Below are positions 1 to 9,379 of a stretch of DNA of 47,651 nt, piece after piece. Origin of the DNA: Candidatus Hermodarchaeota archaeon. GTDB lineage: Archaea > Asgardarchaeota > Lokiarchaeia > Sigyniarchaeales > SOKP01. The position numbers were made by a program, and so were the translations under genes. Under the pieces are notes generated by a model. That model made no database searches and was not told the DNA's origin. It saw only the letters and a list, made by a program, of their open reading frames with translations. The stretch's first letter is position 1; the number at the start of each line of letters is the position of its first letter. The stretch lies in the NCBI GenBank assembly GCA_048885535.1, contig JBHLLO010000005.1, positions 1 through 47,651 of the forward strand. Reading direction: 5' to 3'.

Positions 1-147
1 ATTAGCAATAATCCAAAAGCTCCAGCATAAAATCAAGTATATAAATTTTTTATCTTTTGAATCATAATAGAAATCAATTGAAACTCCTAATCCTGTAGCT
101 CTTAAAAGTATAAACACAATCAAGCAAAATAAGACAATAATATTCAT
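1..147 (-). CDS. Partial membrane protein (N-terminus only, runs off the window edge)
   Basis: Read by hand: ATG at 147 gives MNIIVLFCLIVFILLRATGLGVSIDFYYDSKDKKFIYLILCWSFWIIAN..., open to position 1, with two hydrophobic segments. Not in the ORF track. Confidence 0.7.
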   Translation of the reverse strand, partial: MNIIVLFCLIVFILLRATGLGVSIDFYYDSKDKKFIYLILCWSFWIIAN

Positions 148-273
148 TTATCATCAACCCTTTAAATTAAAAGTTAAGAAAATTATATTCATTTCTTTTT
201 AAAGAAATTAGTGTTAACCTTAATATTAATGATTTTGCATATAATTTTGAACTCTAAATAAGTATGTCTATAT

Positions 274-1116
274 TTATAATGTTCCAAGAAAATTAGAGAT
301 ATCTGACGATTTGGGAATATCTACTTCAAAATAATTTTCTACAATATCAAAGAGATAACTTAAATAGGATAAAACTATTTTTAAATTATGCTTCTTTTCC
401 AATTGATTTATTATCTTTTTAGAATATATTTTTTCGTTTTCCTTCAAGTCATGAATTATATCTACTATCGTTTCTGATAATTGAAATGCTTTTAGAATTT
501 CATTCTTTAAAATTATTAAGCTTGTCATTGGATCATATTCATTTAAAAATTTTTGAACAATAGTTTTTTCCACGTTCATTTTTTTGGATTGAATTTTACT
601 ATCAAAATTAGTAATAATTTCTCGACCTTTAAAGGCAAAATGCTCTCCAAATGAATTTTCATTATATTGAGTTTCATTAACTAAAGTTAAATCCATACCA
701 AATGAGTTTTGTGTAATATAGTGAAAAAAATTCGAAATTTGATTAAAAATATAATTCTGATTAGAAATTATTACTATTTTTTTCTTGTAGATCATAGCTT
801 TTAGGACATAACCTAATAAAGACGCTGTTAAATTTAGCTTGATCAAATCTATATCAAATAAGTCAAATAAATCCTTTCTTTCTTCAACTTTTTCTTCAGT
901 TAAGGTATTAGGAAGTTCAATCTCAAAATCGGCAATAAATGTATCTCTTACAACAAAATTTTTATCTACATACGCCACAAAAGAATGATTACATATTATA
1001 CCTTCTGAGACATTTACAGCAAAAAGTCCTTTTGAAGCTTTCTTGACCTCATCATCAGAAACCTCAATGAAATTAGTTTTTGAACAAGATGGACAACGAA
1101 TTTGAAGTTTAGCCAT
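274..1116 (-). CDS. Hypothetical protein with N-terminal Zn-ribbon (CPSC...CNH)
   Basis: 280-aa ORF with CxxC plus a distal CxH; the C-terminus looks helical/winged-helix-like. Confidence 0.75.
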   Translation of the reverse strand: MAKLQIRCPSCSKTNFIEVSDDEVKKASKGLFAVNVSEGIICNHSFVAYVDKNFVVRDTFIADFEIELPNTLTEEKVEERKDLFDLFDIDLIKLNLTASLLGYVLKAMIYKKKIVIISNQNYIFNQISNFFHYITQNSFGMDLTLVNETQYNENSFGEHFAFKGREIITNFDSKIQSKKMNVEKTIVQKFLNEYDPMTSLIILKNEILKAFQLSETIVDIIHDLKENEKIYSKKIINQLEKKHNLKIVLSYLSYLFDIVENYFEVDIPKSSDISNFLGTL

Positions 1117-1244
1117 GATAAGAATCGAAATTTTAACTATAAATCTAATCTATTTAGATAACGAAAAAATAATTTATATAAATAATAACTATTTTGTTAT
1201 TAAATTATTATGATATCTTTAAAAAAAAATTTAATATCAATCTC

Positions 1245-1724
1245 TTAGTATCTTTTTACTTTTCCATACTTTTTTTCAATAAAATTCGCTATAAGCAAGC
1301 AGACCAAGGTGGAAAAAATTTCAGCAATTAGAAACGCAAATAAATTACCCAAATAATAAAGAGTAATGTAATAAGAAATAAAGAACAAAGGAGTAAAGAT
1401 TACGTGCATAATTAGCAATGGTTTAACAACTGGAAAGTCTAAGAATCTTTTAATTAACGAAAAATCTAATCTTGACTTTTGATATTGAGTCTTTAACTTT
1501 CTTCTACGCTCTTCTTGAGCATAAGCTTCAAAAATCATAGTAGTTCCAAAATATAGCCCTATAATAGCTCCAATTGGAACAAGGATAACAATAACATAAT
1601 TTCCTACGCTTAGTAGGTATTGAGCAATAAATATAAATAACACTTGGAAAATACCACATCCTCCTAAAATCATTAGAGCAAATGGGATATATTCTTTTGA
1701 TCTCCAGCGAACCCTTATTGGCAT
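1245..1724 (-). CDS. Hypothetical membrane protein (~4 TM)
   Basis: 159 aa; two pairs of hydrophobic helices separated by a basic loop; lies just downstream of the tRNA on the same strand. Confidence 0.75.
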   Translation of the reverse strand: MPIRVRWRSKEYIPFALMILGGCGIFQVLFIFIAQYLLSVGNYVIVILVPIGAIIGLYFGTTMIFEAYAQEERRRKLKTQYQKSRLDFSLIKRFLDFPVVKPLLIMHVIFTPLFFISYYITLYYLGNLFAFLIAEIFSTLVCLLIANFIEKKYGKVKRY

Positions 1725-1760
1725 ATTTGTAGATATTTCCTTTACTTTTTACTTTAATAG

Positions 1761-1851
1761 TGGGCCCGGCGTGATTTGAACACACGACCTTCCGCACGTC
1801 AAGCGGACGTCACTCTAGGCTTATATGCTTACCAGGCTAGACCACGGGCCC
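1761..1851 (-). tRNA. tRNA-Val(GAC) with a 17-nt non-canonical D-loop intron; CCA not encoded
   Basis: The reverse complement folds: acceptor GGGCCCG/CGGGCCC+A; anticodon arm TCCGC-TTGACGT-GCGGA; T arm GTGTG-TTCAAAT-CACGC. The D-loop has an extra AGCATATAAGCCTAGAG (1813-1829). Confidence 0.93.
1813..1829 (-). other. tRNA intron at about position 21/22 with a relaxed bulge-helix-bulge motif
   Basis: CTGG pairs with CTAG (4 bp, one G:U), each followed by a 3-nt bulge (TAA, AGT), with an internal GC/GC hairpin. Cutting after the second bulge base restores ...CCTGGTA|TGAC. Confidence 0.85.
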
Positions 1852-1973
1852 TTTTTATAATTTTATATTTTATCAACTATCGAAATTAACGATAAGTAAT
1901 TTATTTTATTAAAAAATAAATATTTTATTAGTTTTTTTAACTATTTGGTATTTACAGCTAGAGAAGGGTAAAG

Positions 1974-2129
1974 TCACTCTTTTTCTCTTTCAAATATTAA
2001 GTAAAAAGAAACTGCTAATTTAAATTCCCAGCCCTCTACTGCCTGATTATTTAATATATCTTCGAATTCTTTTGCGTATTTTGACTTGGAATAGATATTG
2101 TCTACAGTTTCCACCCTATATTCTTTCAA
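1974..2129 (-). CDS. Small DUF4177-like protein (51 aa)
   Basis: Read by hand: TTG start, SD-like AGGTGAT at 2137-2143; MKEYRVETVDNIYSKSKYAKEFEDILNNQAVEGWEFKLAVSFYLIFEREKE. The EY.V...LN....EGWE....IF.R pattern is typical of DUF4177. Confidence 0.75.
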   Translation of the reverse strand: MKEYRVETVDNIYSKSKYAKEFEDILNNQAVEGWEFKLAVSFYLIFEREKE

Positions 2130-2231
2130 TTTTTTTATCACCTTACAATTGTAATATGTAATCTAAATTTAGTTGGCTTATTATTTAATTCTTAGTTGAT
2201 TTTCTTGACAAATTTATAAGAGATCGTCAAA

Positions 2232-2765
2232 TTAGTTTTTTATACTAACACTATAGACATAAATTTTTTTATCTGTGTCTTCACTTATGACTTGTAATTT
2301 ATTGAACATGAAAGAATTTGAAATTACACGAGCAGTTGGTTTAAGTTCTTTTAGAAGTTTTTCTTCTAATTTGTCATTCGTCTCTTGTAATAAAAAGCAT
2401 GTTATTACATCTGCATCACTTAAATTGCGTTTAAAAAAATTACCGTAAAGAATTTTAACTCTTCTCCGTAAACCTAAGATTGTAATTACTAATTGACACC
2501 ATAAATAAAGTACAGGATTAATTTCAATACCAACAGCTTTTGCACCAAACTTACGTGCTGCTGTTATTATAAATCGTCCATCCCCACAACCCAAATCATA
2601 AAGAACTTCATCAGGTTGAATATCAACTAAAGATAACATTTGGCGTACTTTTTTCTTTCGAGTTGGAATCCAAGGCGCTCCATTAATAAGAGGCCAGAAG
2701 AGACACACAATAATGAATCCAACTATACTAATACCTATTATAATAAAACGAGCTAAATCCATCAT
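2232..2765 (-). CDS. Class I SAM-dependent methyltransferase, FAM173/aKMT-like, N-terminal TM anchor
   Basis: GAPWIPT pre-motif, motif I LYDLGCGDGR, GIEINP, RVISNSF. Confidence 0.85.
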   Translation of the reverse strand: MMDLARFIIIGISIVGFIIVCLFWPLINGAPWIPTRKKKVRQMLSLVDIQPDEVLYDLGCGDGRFIITAARKFGAKAVGIEINPVLYLWCQLVITILGLRRRVKILYGNFFKRNLSDADVITCFLLQETNDKLEEKLLKELKPTARVISNSFMFNKLQVISEDTDKKIYVYSVSIKN

Positions 2766-3035
2766 TTTTAGTGGAAAATTTTTTTGCTCATATCTCTGAG
2801 GGGTTTAGTATTCAAAAAAAAAGATGATTTAATTACTTTTTGACCTTTATCCGAAAAGTCTTGTATTAGTGTCATTACTATATAAAAATTATTGAACATC
2901 AATCTAAAAATTTAGTCAAATTTCAGACGGTTTATAATTAAAAAAGAATAGGAAGAATATTCTTTCAATCTAAAAATAGGAAAATCTATAATTAATTTTT
3001 AAAAAATTATAAAAAAAAAATGAAATTGGTTAAAA

Positions 3036-3686
3036 TTAAAGGATAAAAATTAAGAATTGAATAGAGTAAAAATTTAAGAATAACGCCCCGAATACAATAA
3101 ACAAAGCTCTTTTGGTAGAGATACTGAAGATAAGGATTAGGATAGCTGCTACTATGGGCAAAATGTAAGCTGTAACTGCCAAAATGAGAGCCACAAAGAG
3201 TGGAAAAGAAAACCCTATTATGAATGAGAGAATTGTGATTAAATCAATTATCCAAGTTATTAAGTATAATATACCTCCAACTAACATTACTGTTCCACCT
3301 TGATCCCGATTCTTGCTTCCGACATTAATGAATCCGATTCCTAATATGATTTGAAAAGCTATGTAAAATATCCCGCCCGTTTGCGAAGACGGGATTGCAA
3401 ATATTGAATACCTGAAAAGTAAGTTATATAAATTATGGAGAAATAGCTCTGTTGGTGGCATATATGAAGATAAGACCATTGATGGAATAATGAGGCGCAA
3501 TAAAAGATAGCAAGCCAATAGTAAGATTCCAGAAATAAATAGGAGCGTAGTAGAATCATAATTGTTCTTCTTTAGATCTTTGCTCCCTAAAATGAGGAAT
3601 AAGTATGTAAGGGTTAAAAGGATGAAAACAATCCACCCCAACCAATTCCAATCTAAAAATCCAAAAAACTCAAATGTTATAGTCAT
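3036..3686 (-). CDS. Hypothetical multi-pass membrane protein
   Basis: 216 aa, ~6 hydrophobic helices, no recognised motif. Confidence 0.75.
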   Translation of the reverse strand: MTITFEFFGFLDWNWLGWIVFILLTLTYLFLILGSKDLKKNNYDSTTLLFISGILLLACYLLLRLIIPSMVLSSYMPPTELFLHNLYNLLFRYSIFAIPSSQTGGIFYIAFQIILGIGFINVGSKNRDQGGTVMLVGGILYLITWIIDLITILSFIIGFSFPLFVALILAVTAYILPIVAAILILIFSISTKRALFIVFGALFLNFYSIQFLIFIL

Positions 3687-3768
3687 TTTAGATCATAAAT
3701 AATCTAGATTGCTTAATACTTAAATTCTTCATAATAAGAAAAAAAATTAGAAAATAGAATTAGGGTTT

Positions 3769-5001
3769 TTATACCTTTTTTTCTCTTAATGCTCTAATCA
3801 TTGGGAGATCGTTTCCTGAGAGGATTTCTAGCATCGCTCCTCCTGCAGTAGATATGAATGAGACATCATTTGCTAAACCTGCCATAGAAGCAGCAGCTCC
3901 CATTTCACCGCCGCCTATTATTGTCAATGCTCCATTTTCTTTCGTTGCCTTGACCATTGCCTTGACCATCTCATTAGTGGCTTCTCTGAAAACTTCTTGC
4001 TCAAAAATTCCTGGAGGTCCATTTGCTACAATAGTTTTGCATTTCATTATTATCTCTTTGAATTTTTCTTCTGTTTTCGGACCAATATCTCCAGTTGTAG
4101 TGTTATATGTTCCAGCCTCATCAATAGCAATTATTTTTCTATTACCATTATCATCTATTACTAAATCTTCAGGAAGGATTATTTTGTTTTTATATTTTTC
4201 ATAAGTGTCTTTAATCATATCCTTATTTTCCTCTAAATCTTTAGCAATGATTTTTTGATTTGGGGTTCCCATGTTTTTGCCAAGTGCAGCAAAAATTAGG
4301 ATTGCGGTTAACCCTGAGCATAACGCAAAATCTAACTTCTCATTATCAAAATTATATTTCATAGCTTTAAACTTATCAATTGCTTTAGCACCGCCAATAA
4401 GCATTGACATAGGTTTTTCTGGTACATCCATTATCTTTCTTAATGCATTTAACTCATTAGCGGTAATAGGACCAGCCAGCATTTTAGGCCAACCAACGAT
4501 AGAAGCGTGTGCTCGGTGAGCTGCTCCAAATGCATCCACAATTACATAATCTACTAATGGATATAATGTTTTAACCATCTCGGTATTCTCAGCTTCTTCG
4601 AAACTTTTATATTTTGCCATTTCACCTTCCCATTTTCGAATATTATTTAAAACAAGGATTTCTCCTGGTTTTAAATCTTTAATTGCTTGAACAGCTTTCT
4701 CACCAAAAATATCTTGAACAAATTTCACAGGGCGACCTGATTCTTTCTCAATCTCCCTAGCATGGAGATCCAAATCCGTGAAATCTTCACTACCAGGTCG
4801 AGATTGATGTGCCATAATTATTACCGCACTCTCTTTTATTTCCTCTAAAGCGGGAACTAACGCACGAATTCTTGGAGAGTCTCTTATCTCCATTTTATCC
4901 ACATCAATATTAGAATTGATATCTACACGCATTAAGACTTTCTTTCCTTTCAAGTCTACATCTTTATAGGATGTATAATCAATTTTCACTTTAATTATCA
5001 C
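3769..5001 (-). CDS. pgk: Phosphoglycerate kinase (archaeal type)
   Basis: GKKVLMRVDIN, AHQSRP, DAFGAAHRAHAS, GGAK, NGPPGIFE, IIGGG, ISTAGGA. Confidence 0.96.
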   Translation of the reverse strand: MIIKVKIDYTSYKDVDLKGKKVLMRVDINSNIDVDKMEIRDSPRIRALVPALEEIKESAVIIMAHQSRPGSEDFTDLDLHAREIEKESGRPVKFVQDIFGEKAVQAIKDLKPGEILVLNNIRKWEGEMAKYKSFEEAENTEMVKTLYPLVDYVIVDAFGAAHRAHASIVGWPKMLAGPITANELNALRKIMDVPEKPMSMLIGGAKAIDKFKAMKYNFDNEKLDFALCSGLTAILIFAALGKNMGTPNQKIIAKDLEENKDMIKDTYEKYKNKIILPEDLVIDDNGNRKIIAIDEAGTYNTTTGDIGPKTEEKFKEIIMKCKTIVANGPPGIFEQEVFREATNEMVKAMVKATKENGALTIIGGGEMGAAASMAGLANDVSFISTAGGAMLEILSGNDLPMIRALREKKV

Positions 5002-5166
5002 TTTTAGTTTGGATTTGATTTATTTATAATATTTATAATCAATAAAGTTTTGATAAGTTAATACTTTTTTTGTATGCTAATTAAAAATTGGTTTTTAAGC
5101 TACGTATTTCGAAAAAAAAGTCTTATTTATTTGATTTAATTAGAAGTAATCATTAACATATATTAA

Positions 5167-5676
5167 ATGATAACTTTCGAGAAAGGAAAAAAACGATTTG
5201 CTTTTAGAATTGCCGGTGTCGCTATTTTAGATCGTAAAGTTCTGCTGCATAAAAGTGTGCTAGATGATTTTTGGGCATTACCTGGAGGAAGATGCGAATT
5301 CTTAGAAAACTCTAGAGACACCCTCATAAGAGAGATGAAAGAAGAAATGGGGGTCGAAATAAATATTATACGACCGCTCTATTTTGTAGAAAATTTTTTT
5401 GAATATGAAAACCGAGATTGTCATGAAGTATCAATAATTTATCTGATGGATTTTCCTCCAAAATCCAAAAAAATTATAGAAAAGGATATATTCTATGGAA
5501 ATGAATCTCAGTTAGGGTTTGAAAAAGATGAGATTTATGGGAAAAAACTTAAAATAATTTTTAGATGGTTTAGTATAAATGAACTTGAAAACCTTGAAGT
5601 ATATCCATCATTTTTACGAACTTCGCTTCAGAATATTAAACCTTATCCCGAACATATAATACATAAAGATAATTAG
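5167..5676 (+). CDS. NUDIX hydrolase
   Basis: Nudix box WALPGGRCEFLENSRDTLIREMKEEMG. Confidence 0.93.
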   Translation: MITFEKGKKRFAFRIAGVAILDRKVLLHKSVLDDFWALPGGRCEFLENSRDTLIREMKEEMGVEINIIRPLYFVENFFEYENRDCHEVSIIYLMDFPPKSKKIIEKDIFYGNESQLGFEKDEIYGKKLKIIFRWFSINELENLEVYPSFLRTSLQNIKPYPEHIIHKDN

Positions 5677-5682
5677 AATCTA
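5637..5682 (+). repeat. 46-bp direct repeat, copy 1 (3' end of the NUDIX gene)
   Basis: taaaccttatcccgaacatataatacataaagataattagaatcta; 44/46 identical to 6876-6921. Confidence 0.92.
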
Positions 5683-5798
5683 TTATAAATCTGTGGGAAG
5701 AAAATATAGAAAAAATGATAATTTTCTTGAAGAAGTTATTGAATAAAGGACTTTCTATTGGGATGCAGAGCATCCAATTAATAATAACTTTTACAATT

Positions 5799-6704
5799 TT
5801 AAGCTAATTCTCGTTGAGAATATATTTCTTTTTGAATTTTTCTCTTTCTTCTTACCATTATTATGGTTATTGTAATTCCTATTATAGCTGAAACACCCAC
5901 GAGAACAATTATTAAGATTATGAATTCAAAACTGAATAGCTTTGCCTTATAAATTATTCCCACTTGTAATATATTAGTTTTTTCATTGTTCCATTCCCAT
6001 GTATAAACCTTACCATTATTAATATCAGTTATTTCACAGCGATCTTCAAAAGTGCCATTTGTATATTCTCTATAGCCGTCAGGTATCTTTCCTATCACTT
6101 TAAATTCAACATATTCATTTAAATCCCCTTCCCAAGCTCTTGCGGTTCCTAGATCATAACTAATTGAAAAGTCATTTGATCGTTTCGGCATCATACCACT
6201 AAATTGATATTTAATAGTATTAGTACTATTCTCTGAGATTGTTAAATTGCATATAATTAAAGCTGTAATAAACATAGAACCTGGAGATGATAAATAATCC
6301 TCTATATATGTAGAAACATTATAATCAAGTTCATATATGTAAAGTATTTCAAATGGAATCATTGTATCATTTATTTGAACTAAGCAATTTGAACTTACAA
6401 CATCTATCTCCAAAGAGAATGGTGCATATAAAGTGATATTGATTTTTTTATCAGGATTAAAAATAGTATAATTTCCAGAGAAATCAATACCAATATTATT
6501 GGAAAAATCTGTAGAATCTATATTAAAAAGTACATCTGCATTAAGTAGATTCAGAGATACGCTTCTATTAGAGACAATTCCTCCAACAAAATGATCTTCT
6601 GGTGCTGGTAGAGGATTACAATTAATCCTAGGAATTAACACAGTATAACTCAGCATAAGAGAAGTAACTATAAGAATTAGCAAACTCAATTCTTTTTTTT
6701 TCAT
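5799..6704 (-). CDS. Secreted, C-terminally anchored surface protein (possibly DUF4424-like beta-sandwich)
   Basis: Signal peptide MKKKELSLLILIV..., beta-rich core with many N-x-S/T sequons, C-terminal TM followed by RRKRK. Confidence 0.8.
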   Translation of the reverse strand: MKKKELSLLILIVTSLMLSYTVLIPRINCNPLPAPEDHFVGGIVSNRSVSLNLLNADVLFNIDSTDFSNNIGIDFSGNYTIFNPDKKINITLYAPFSLEIDVVSSNCLVQINDTMIPFEILYIYELDYNVSTYIEDYLSSPGSMFITALIICNLTISENSTNTIKYQFSGMMPKRSNDFSISYDLGTARAWEGDLNEYVEFKVIGKIPDGYREYTNGTFEDRCEITDINNGKVYTWEWNNEKTNILQVGIIYKAKLFSFEFIILIIVLVGVSAIIGITITIIMVRRKRKIQKEIYSQRELA

Positions 6705-6875
6705 ATATCACCCTCTTTGACCATTATTAGAGATACAATCGATGTATTTAAGTCTTATGTTTTTAAACAACTATTAAAAGGGTAGTATCTTAATCTATTA
6801 ATTTTTAGATTCTTAATTTGATTATAAATTTTTTTCATTTAGAAAAAAACATAAGATAAGTGTTCTTAAAAAGTA

Positions 6876-6921
6876 TAAACCTTATCCAGAAAATATAATA
6901 CATAAAGATAATTAGAATCTA
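6876..6921 (+). repeat. 46-bp direct repeat, copy 2 (orphan NUDIX 3' end upstream of larB)
   Basis: taaaccttatccagaaaatataatacataaagataattagaatcta; translates as KPYPENIIHKDN* versus KPYPEHIIHKDN* in copy 1. Confidence 0.92.
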
Positions 6922-6944
6922 AAACTAAACTATAATGAATATAT

Positions 6945-7724
6945 ATGGAAGATATGAGAGACATTTTGAAAAAATTGCTTAATAAAGAGTGTTCCATAGA
7001 AGAAGCAGAGAAATTATTAAAAGCAAATTTGATTGAGGAAGTGGGAGATTTCGCTAAATTAGATATTTATAGAAAAACTCGTACTGGTGTGATTGAAGTG
7101 ATATATGCTGAAAACAAAACACCTCAATCTATTATAGACATTGCTAAAAAGTTCTTGAAAACCAAAAAGTTTACTATAATCTCAAGATATAGAGAAAGTC
7201 AAAAACAAGCTATATACATGGAGTTTGAGAATAATGAAAACTATGTTTTAAGCTTCAATGAATTAGCTAAAACTATCATCATTAAGGAAAAAGATTTTGA
7301 GTTCCAAAAGAAAGAAGGAATTATAGGAATAATAACTGCTGGAAGTTCTGATATTCCGGTTGCGGAAGAAGCAAAAGTTATAGCTGAATCAATGGGATGC
7401 ACAGTTATTACCAGTTATGATCTAGGTATTGCTGGAATCCATCGTATTTTTGGACCACTCAGTGATATGATAAAAAATGGGGTTCACATTATTATTGTCT
7501 GTGCTGGAATGGAGGGAACTTTACCTGGTGTGGTTGCTGCTCTTGTAGACGTACCAGTTGTAGGAGTCCCAGTATCAAGTGGCTATGGCTTAGGAGAGAA
7601 AGGTCTGGGCGCTTTAACGACCATGTTACAATCATGTTCTCCTGGACTTTTAGTTGTAAATATTGATAATGGTTTTGGAGCGGGAGCTTCTGCTGCTTTA
7701 ATCGCAAATCAAGTTGCTAAGTAA
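6945..7724 (+). CDS. larB: Nickel-pincer cofactor biosynthesis protein LarB (PurE-like)
   Basis: FAKLD..RKTRTG..EVIYAENKT, TAGSSDIPVAEEA, DLGIAGIHR, AGMEGTLPGVVA, SCSPG...VNIDNGFGA. Confidence 0.95.
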   Translation: MEDMRDILKKLLNKECSIEEAEKLLKANLIEEVGDFAKLDIYRKTRTGVIEVIYAENKTPQSIIDIAKKFLKTKKFTIISRYRESQKQAIYMEFENNENYVLSFNELAKTIIIKEKDFEFQKKEGIIGIITAGSSDIPVAEEAKVIAESMGCTVITSYDLGIAGIHRIFGPLSDMIKNGVHIIIVCAGMEGTLPGVVAALVDVPVVGVPVSSGYGLGEKGLGALTTMLQSCSPGLLVVNIDNGFGAGASAALIANQVAK

Positions 7725-7825
7725 TTTTTTGAAGTATAATTAATTCATAAAAAACTATAAATATTTCTTAAATGAATTAAATAAACAATCTATTTTAAAA
7801 TGATTAAAAAAAAGGTTAGTTTAAT

Positions 7826-8452
7826 ATGGCTTTAAGGGTTTTAAACCCTGAATTTGGATGGTATATTATCCCCCTCCTTGCTATTGTTCTCTATATTTAT
7901 GGTGTCGAAATTAAGAAGGCAAGAGAGACCAAGGACTGGAGTACTGTATTCGCAGGATTGACGATTCTAGGTCTAGATTTAATTAATGAAATTTGGAATG
8001 CACTCATTTTTACGTTTACTCAATATGCAGCATTTTGGACTACTCCAGGTGCGAGTGCTTATATTATTCTTGTTGGATTAAATATTGAAATAATGTTTAT
8101 GTTTAGTATTGCGGGTATAATATTTTCTAAGTTTCTATTACCTGACAAGAGGAAGAAGATATTAGGTATCCCAAATAGATGGGCAATGGCAATCGGCTTT
8201 TCTTTATTCTGTTTAATTGTAGAGATATTTCTGAATTTAGGAGGTTATCTTGTGTGGGTATATCCATGGTGGCATTGGACATCGGGGATTGGTCTAGTAC
8301 CAATTTTCTTCTTAGGTTACTTTCACTTCTTTGTTGGGGCTTTTTACGTATATGATAAGCCAGAGTTAAAGGATAAGATTAAGATAGTAGGAATAATTTA
8401 TGCCATTGGAATAGTTGCTTTATGTATTTTCATTCCACTTGGTATGATATAA
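7826..8452 (+). CDS. Conserved-looking hypothetical membrane protein (~6 TM)
   Basis: 208 aa, hydrophobic, with intramembrane polar motifs (DLINEIWN, GLNIEI). Confidence 0.8.
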   Translation: MALRVLNPEFGWYIIPLLAIVLYIYGVEIKKARETKDWSTVFAGLTILGLDLINEIWNALIFTFTQYAAFWTTPGASAYIILVGLNIEIMFMFSIAGIIFSKFLLPDKRKKILGIPNRWAMAIGFSLFCLIVEIFLNLGGYLVWVYPWWHWTSGIGLVPIFFLGYFHFFVGAFYVYDKPELKDKIKIVGIIYAIGIVALCIFIPLGMI

Positions 8453-8769
8453 ATAATAATTTCCTTTTTTTTTTCTTAAAATTAAGGTAAAAAAAAATTA
8501 GGTTAGCATCTAATTGCATAATGTTTTTTCATAATTCTGGATTTATATAAACGTTTATTTGAACAAATTTACATGAAACATTGCTCTATTCTTATTAAGA
8601 ATTAGACCATAATTTATTAACTTACACAACACCAAGCTAAAAAAGTAGTTTTCGGGTGAAAAACATATACCTTCAAATAATAGGAAAGTATAAATATGTA
8701 AATCAATATAGATATTATTGAAACTAATTCTATATAAAATCTACAGAAAAAAAATTTTGTAAATTATAG

Positions 8770-9312
8770 TTGAGACCTATGGTCGCAACCATTGAAGATT
8801 TTGAAAAGTCAAAACAATTTTTTGAAAATGGTGATATACTCAGCACTATAGAGAGCTATGAAAAGGCAATAAATCACATAGAACGCACAAAGACAATCCA
8901 AAAAGACGAACTAATTAATTTCTTAAATAATATTTTAAAATACTGCCAAGAAAATAACCTAAAAACCGAAGAAGCAATGGTTTTAAGAGCTTTAGGAAGA
9001 ACTTACACCAAATTCAAACAATATCCATTAGGCTTGAAATATTCCTACCAATCATTAAAGATACAAAAAAAATTAGGTAAAAAGTTGGATATTGCAGAAA
9101 GTCTAGTATTCTTAGCAGAAGATCTCGAAGTTTCGGGTAATTATGACGAATGTGTTAGAACATTCAATGAAGCTGCTGAAATATTTCATGAGTTAGGTAA
9201 ATTAAGAAAAGAAAAGGAAATTAAAAAAGAAATTTCTCGGTTAAAAGCGTTCTCAAAAGAAATGACTGAAGATGAGTATCTATTACATAAATTTAACATT
9301 GATAAATATTAG
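8770..9312 (+). CDS. Tetratricopeptide-repeat protein
   Basis: TPR-like EAMVLRALGRTY...QSLKI and AESLVFLAEDLEVSGNYDECVRTFNEAAEIF. The true start may be the ATG at 8779. Confidence 0.8.
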   Translation: MRPMVATIEDFEKSKQFFENGDILSTIESYEKAINHIERTKTIQKDELINFLNNILKYCQENNLKTEEAMVLRALGRTYTKFKQYPLGLKYSYQSLKIQKKLGKKLDIAESLVFLAEDLEVSGNYDECVRTFNEAAEIFHELGKLRKEKEIKKEISRLKAFSKEMTEDEYLLHKFNIDKY

Positions 9313-9379
9313 ATTGAAATAGTGTCAAAAGAAAAAACCAACTTACTTTATTTTTTTTATATAATTTTTAACATGAAAT

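Noticed and set aside
1528-1797. 89-aa ORF in the track
   Set aside because: It overlaps the tRNA-Val gene and the 159-aa CDS in another frame.
3946-3969. Exact 12-bp tandem repeat tgccttgaccat in pgk (MVKA-MVKA)
   Set aside because: An in-frame two-copy micro-duplication within a helix; no sign of function.
3854-4519. Antisense ORFs within pgk, and similar shadow ORFs in larB, nikR, glmU, eS1, the permeases, the ATPase and the SCP2-like gene
   Set aside because: They are opposite-strand or off-frame shadows of well-supported genes, with no motifs.
8770-9312. TPR protein as an alpha-SNAP homolog
   Set aside because: Too short and only generic TPR features; it cannot be separated from common TPRs by eye.
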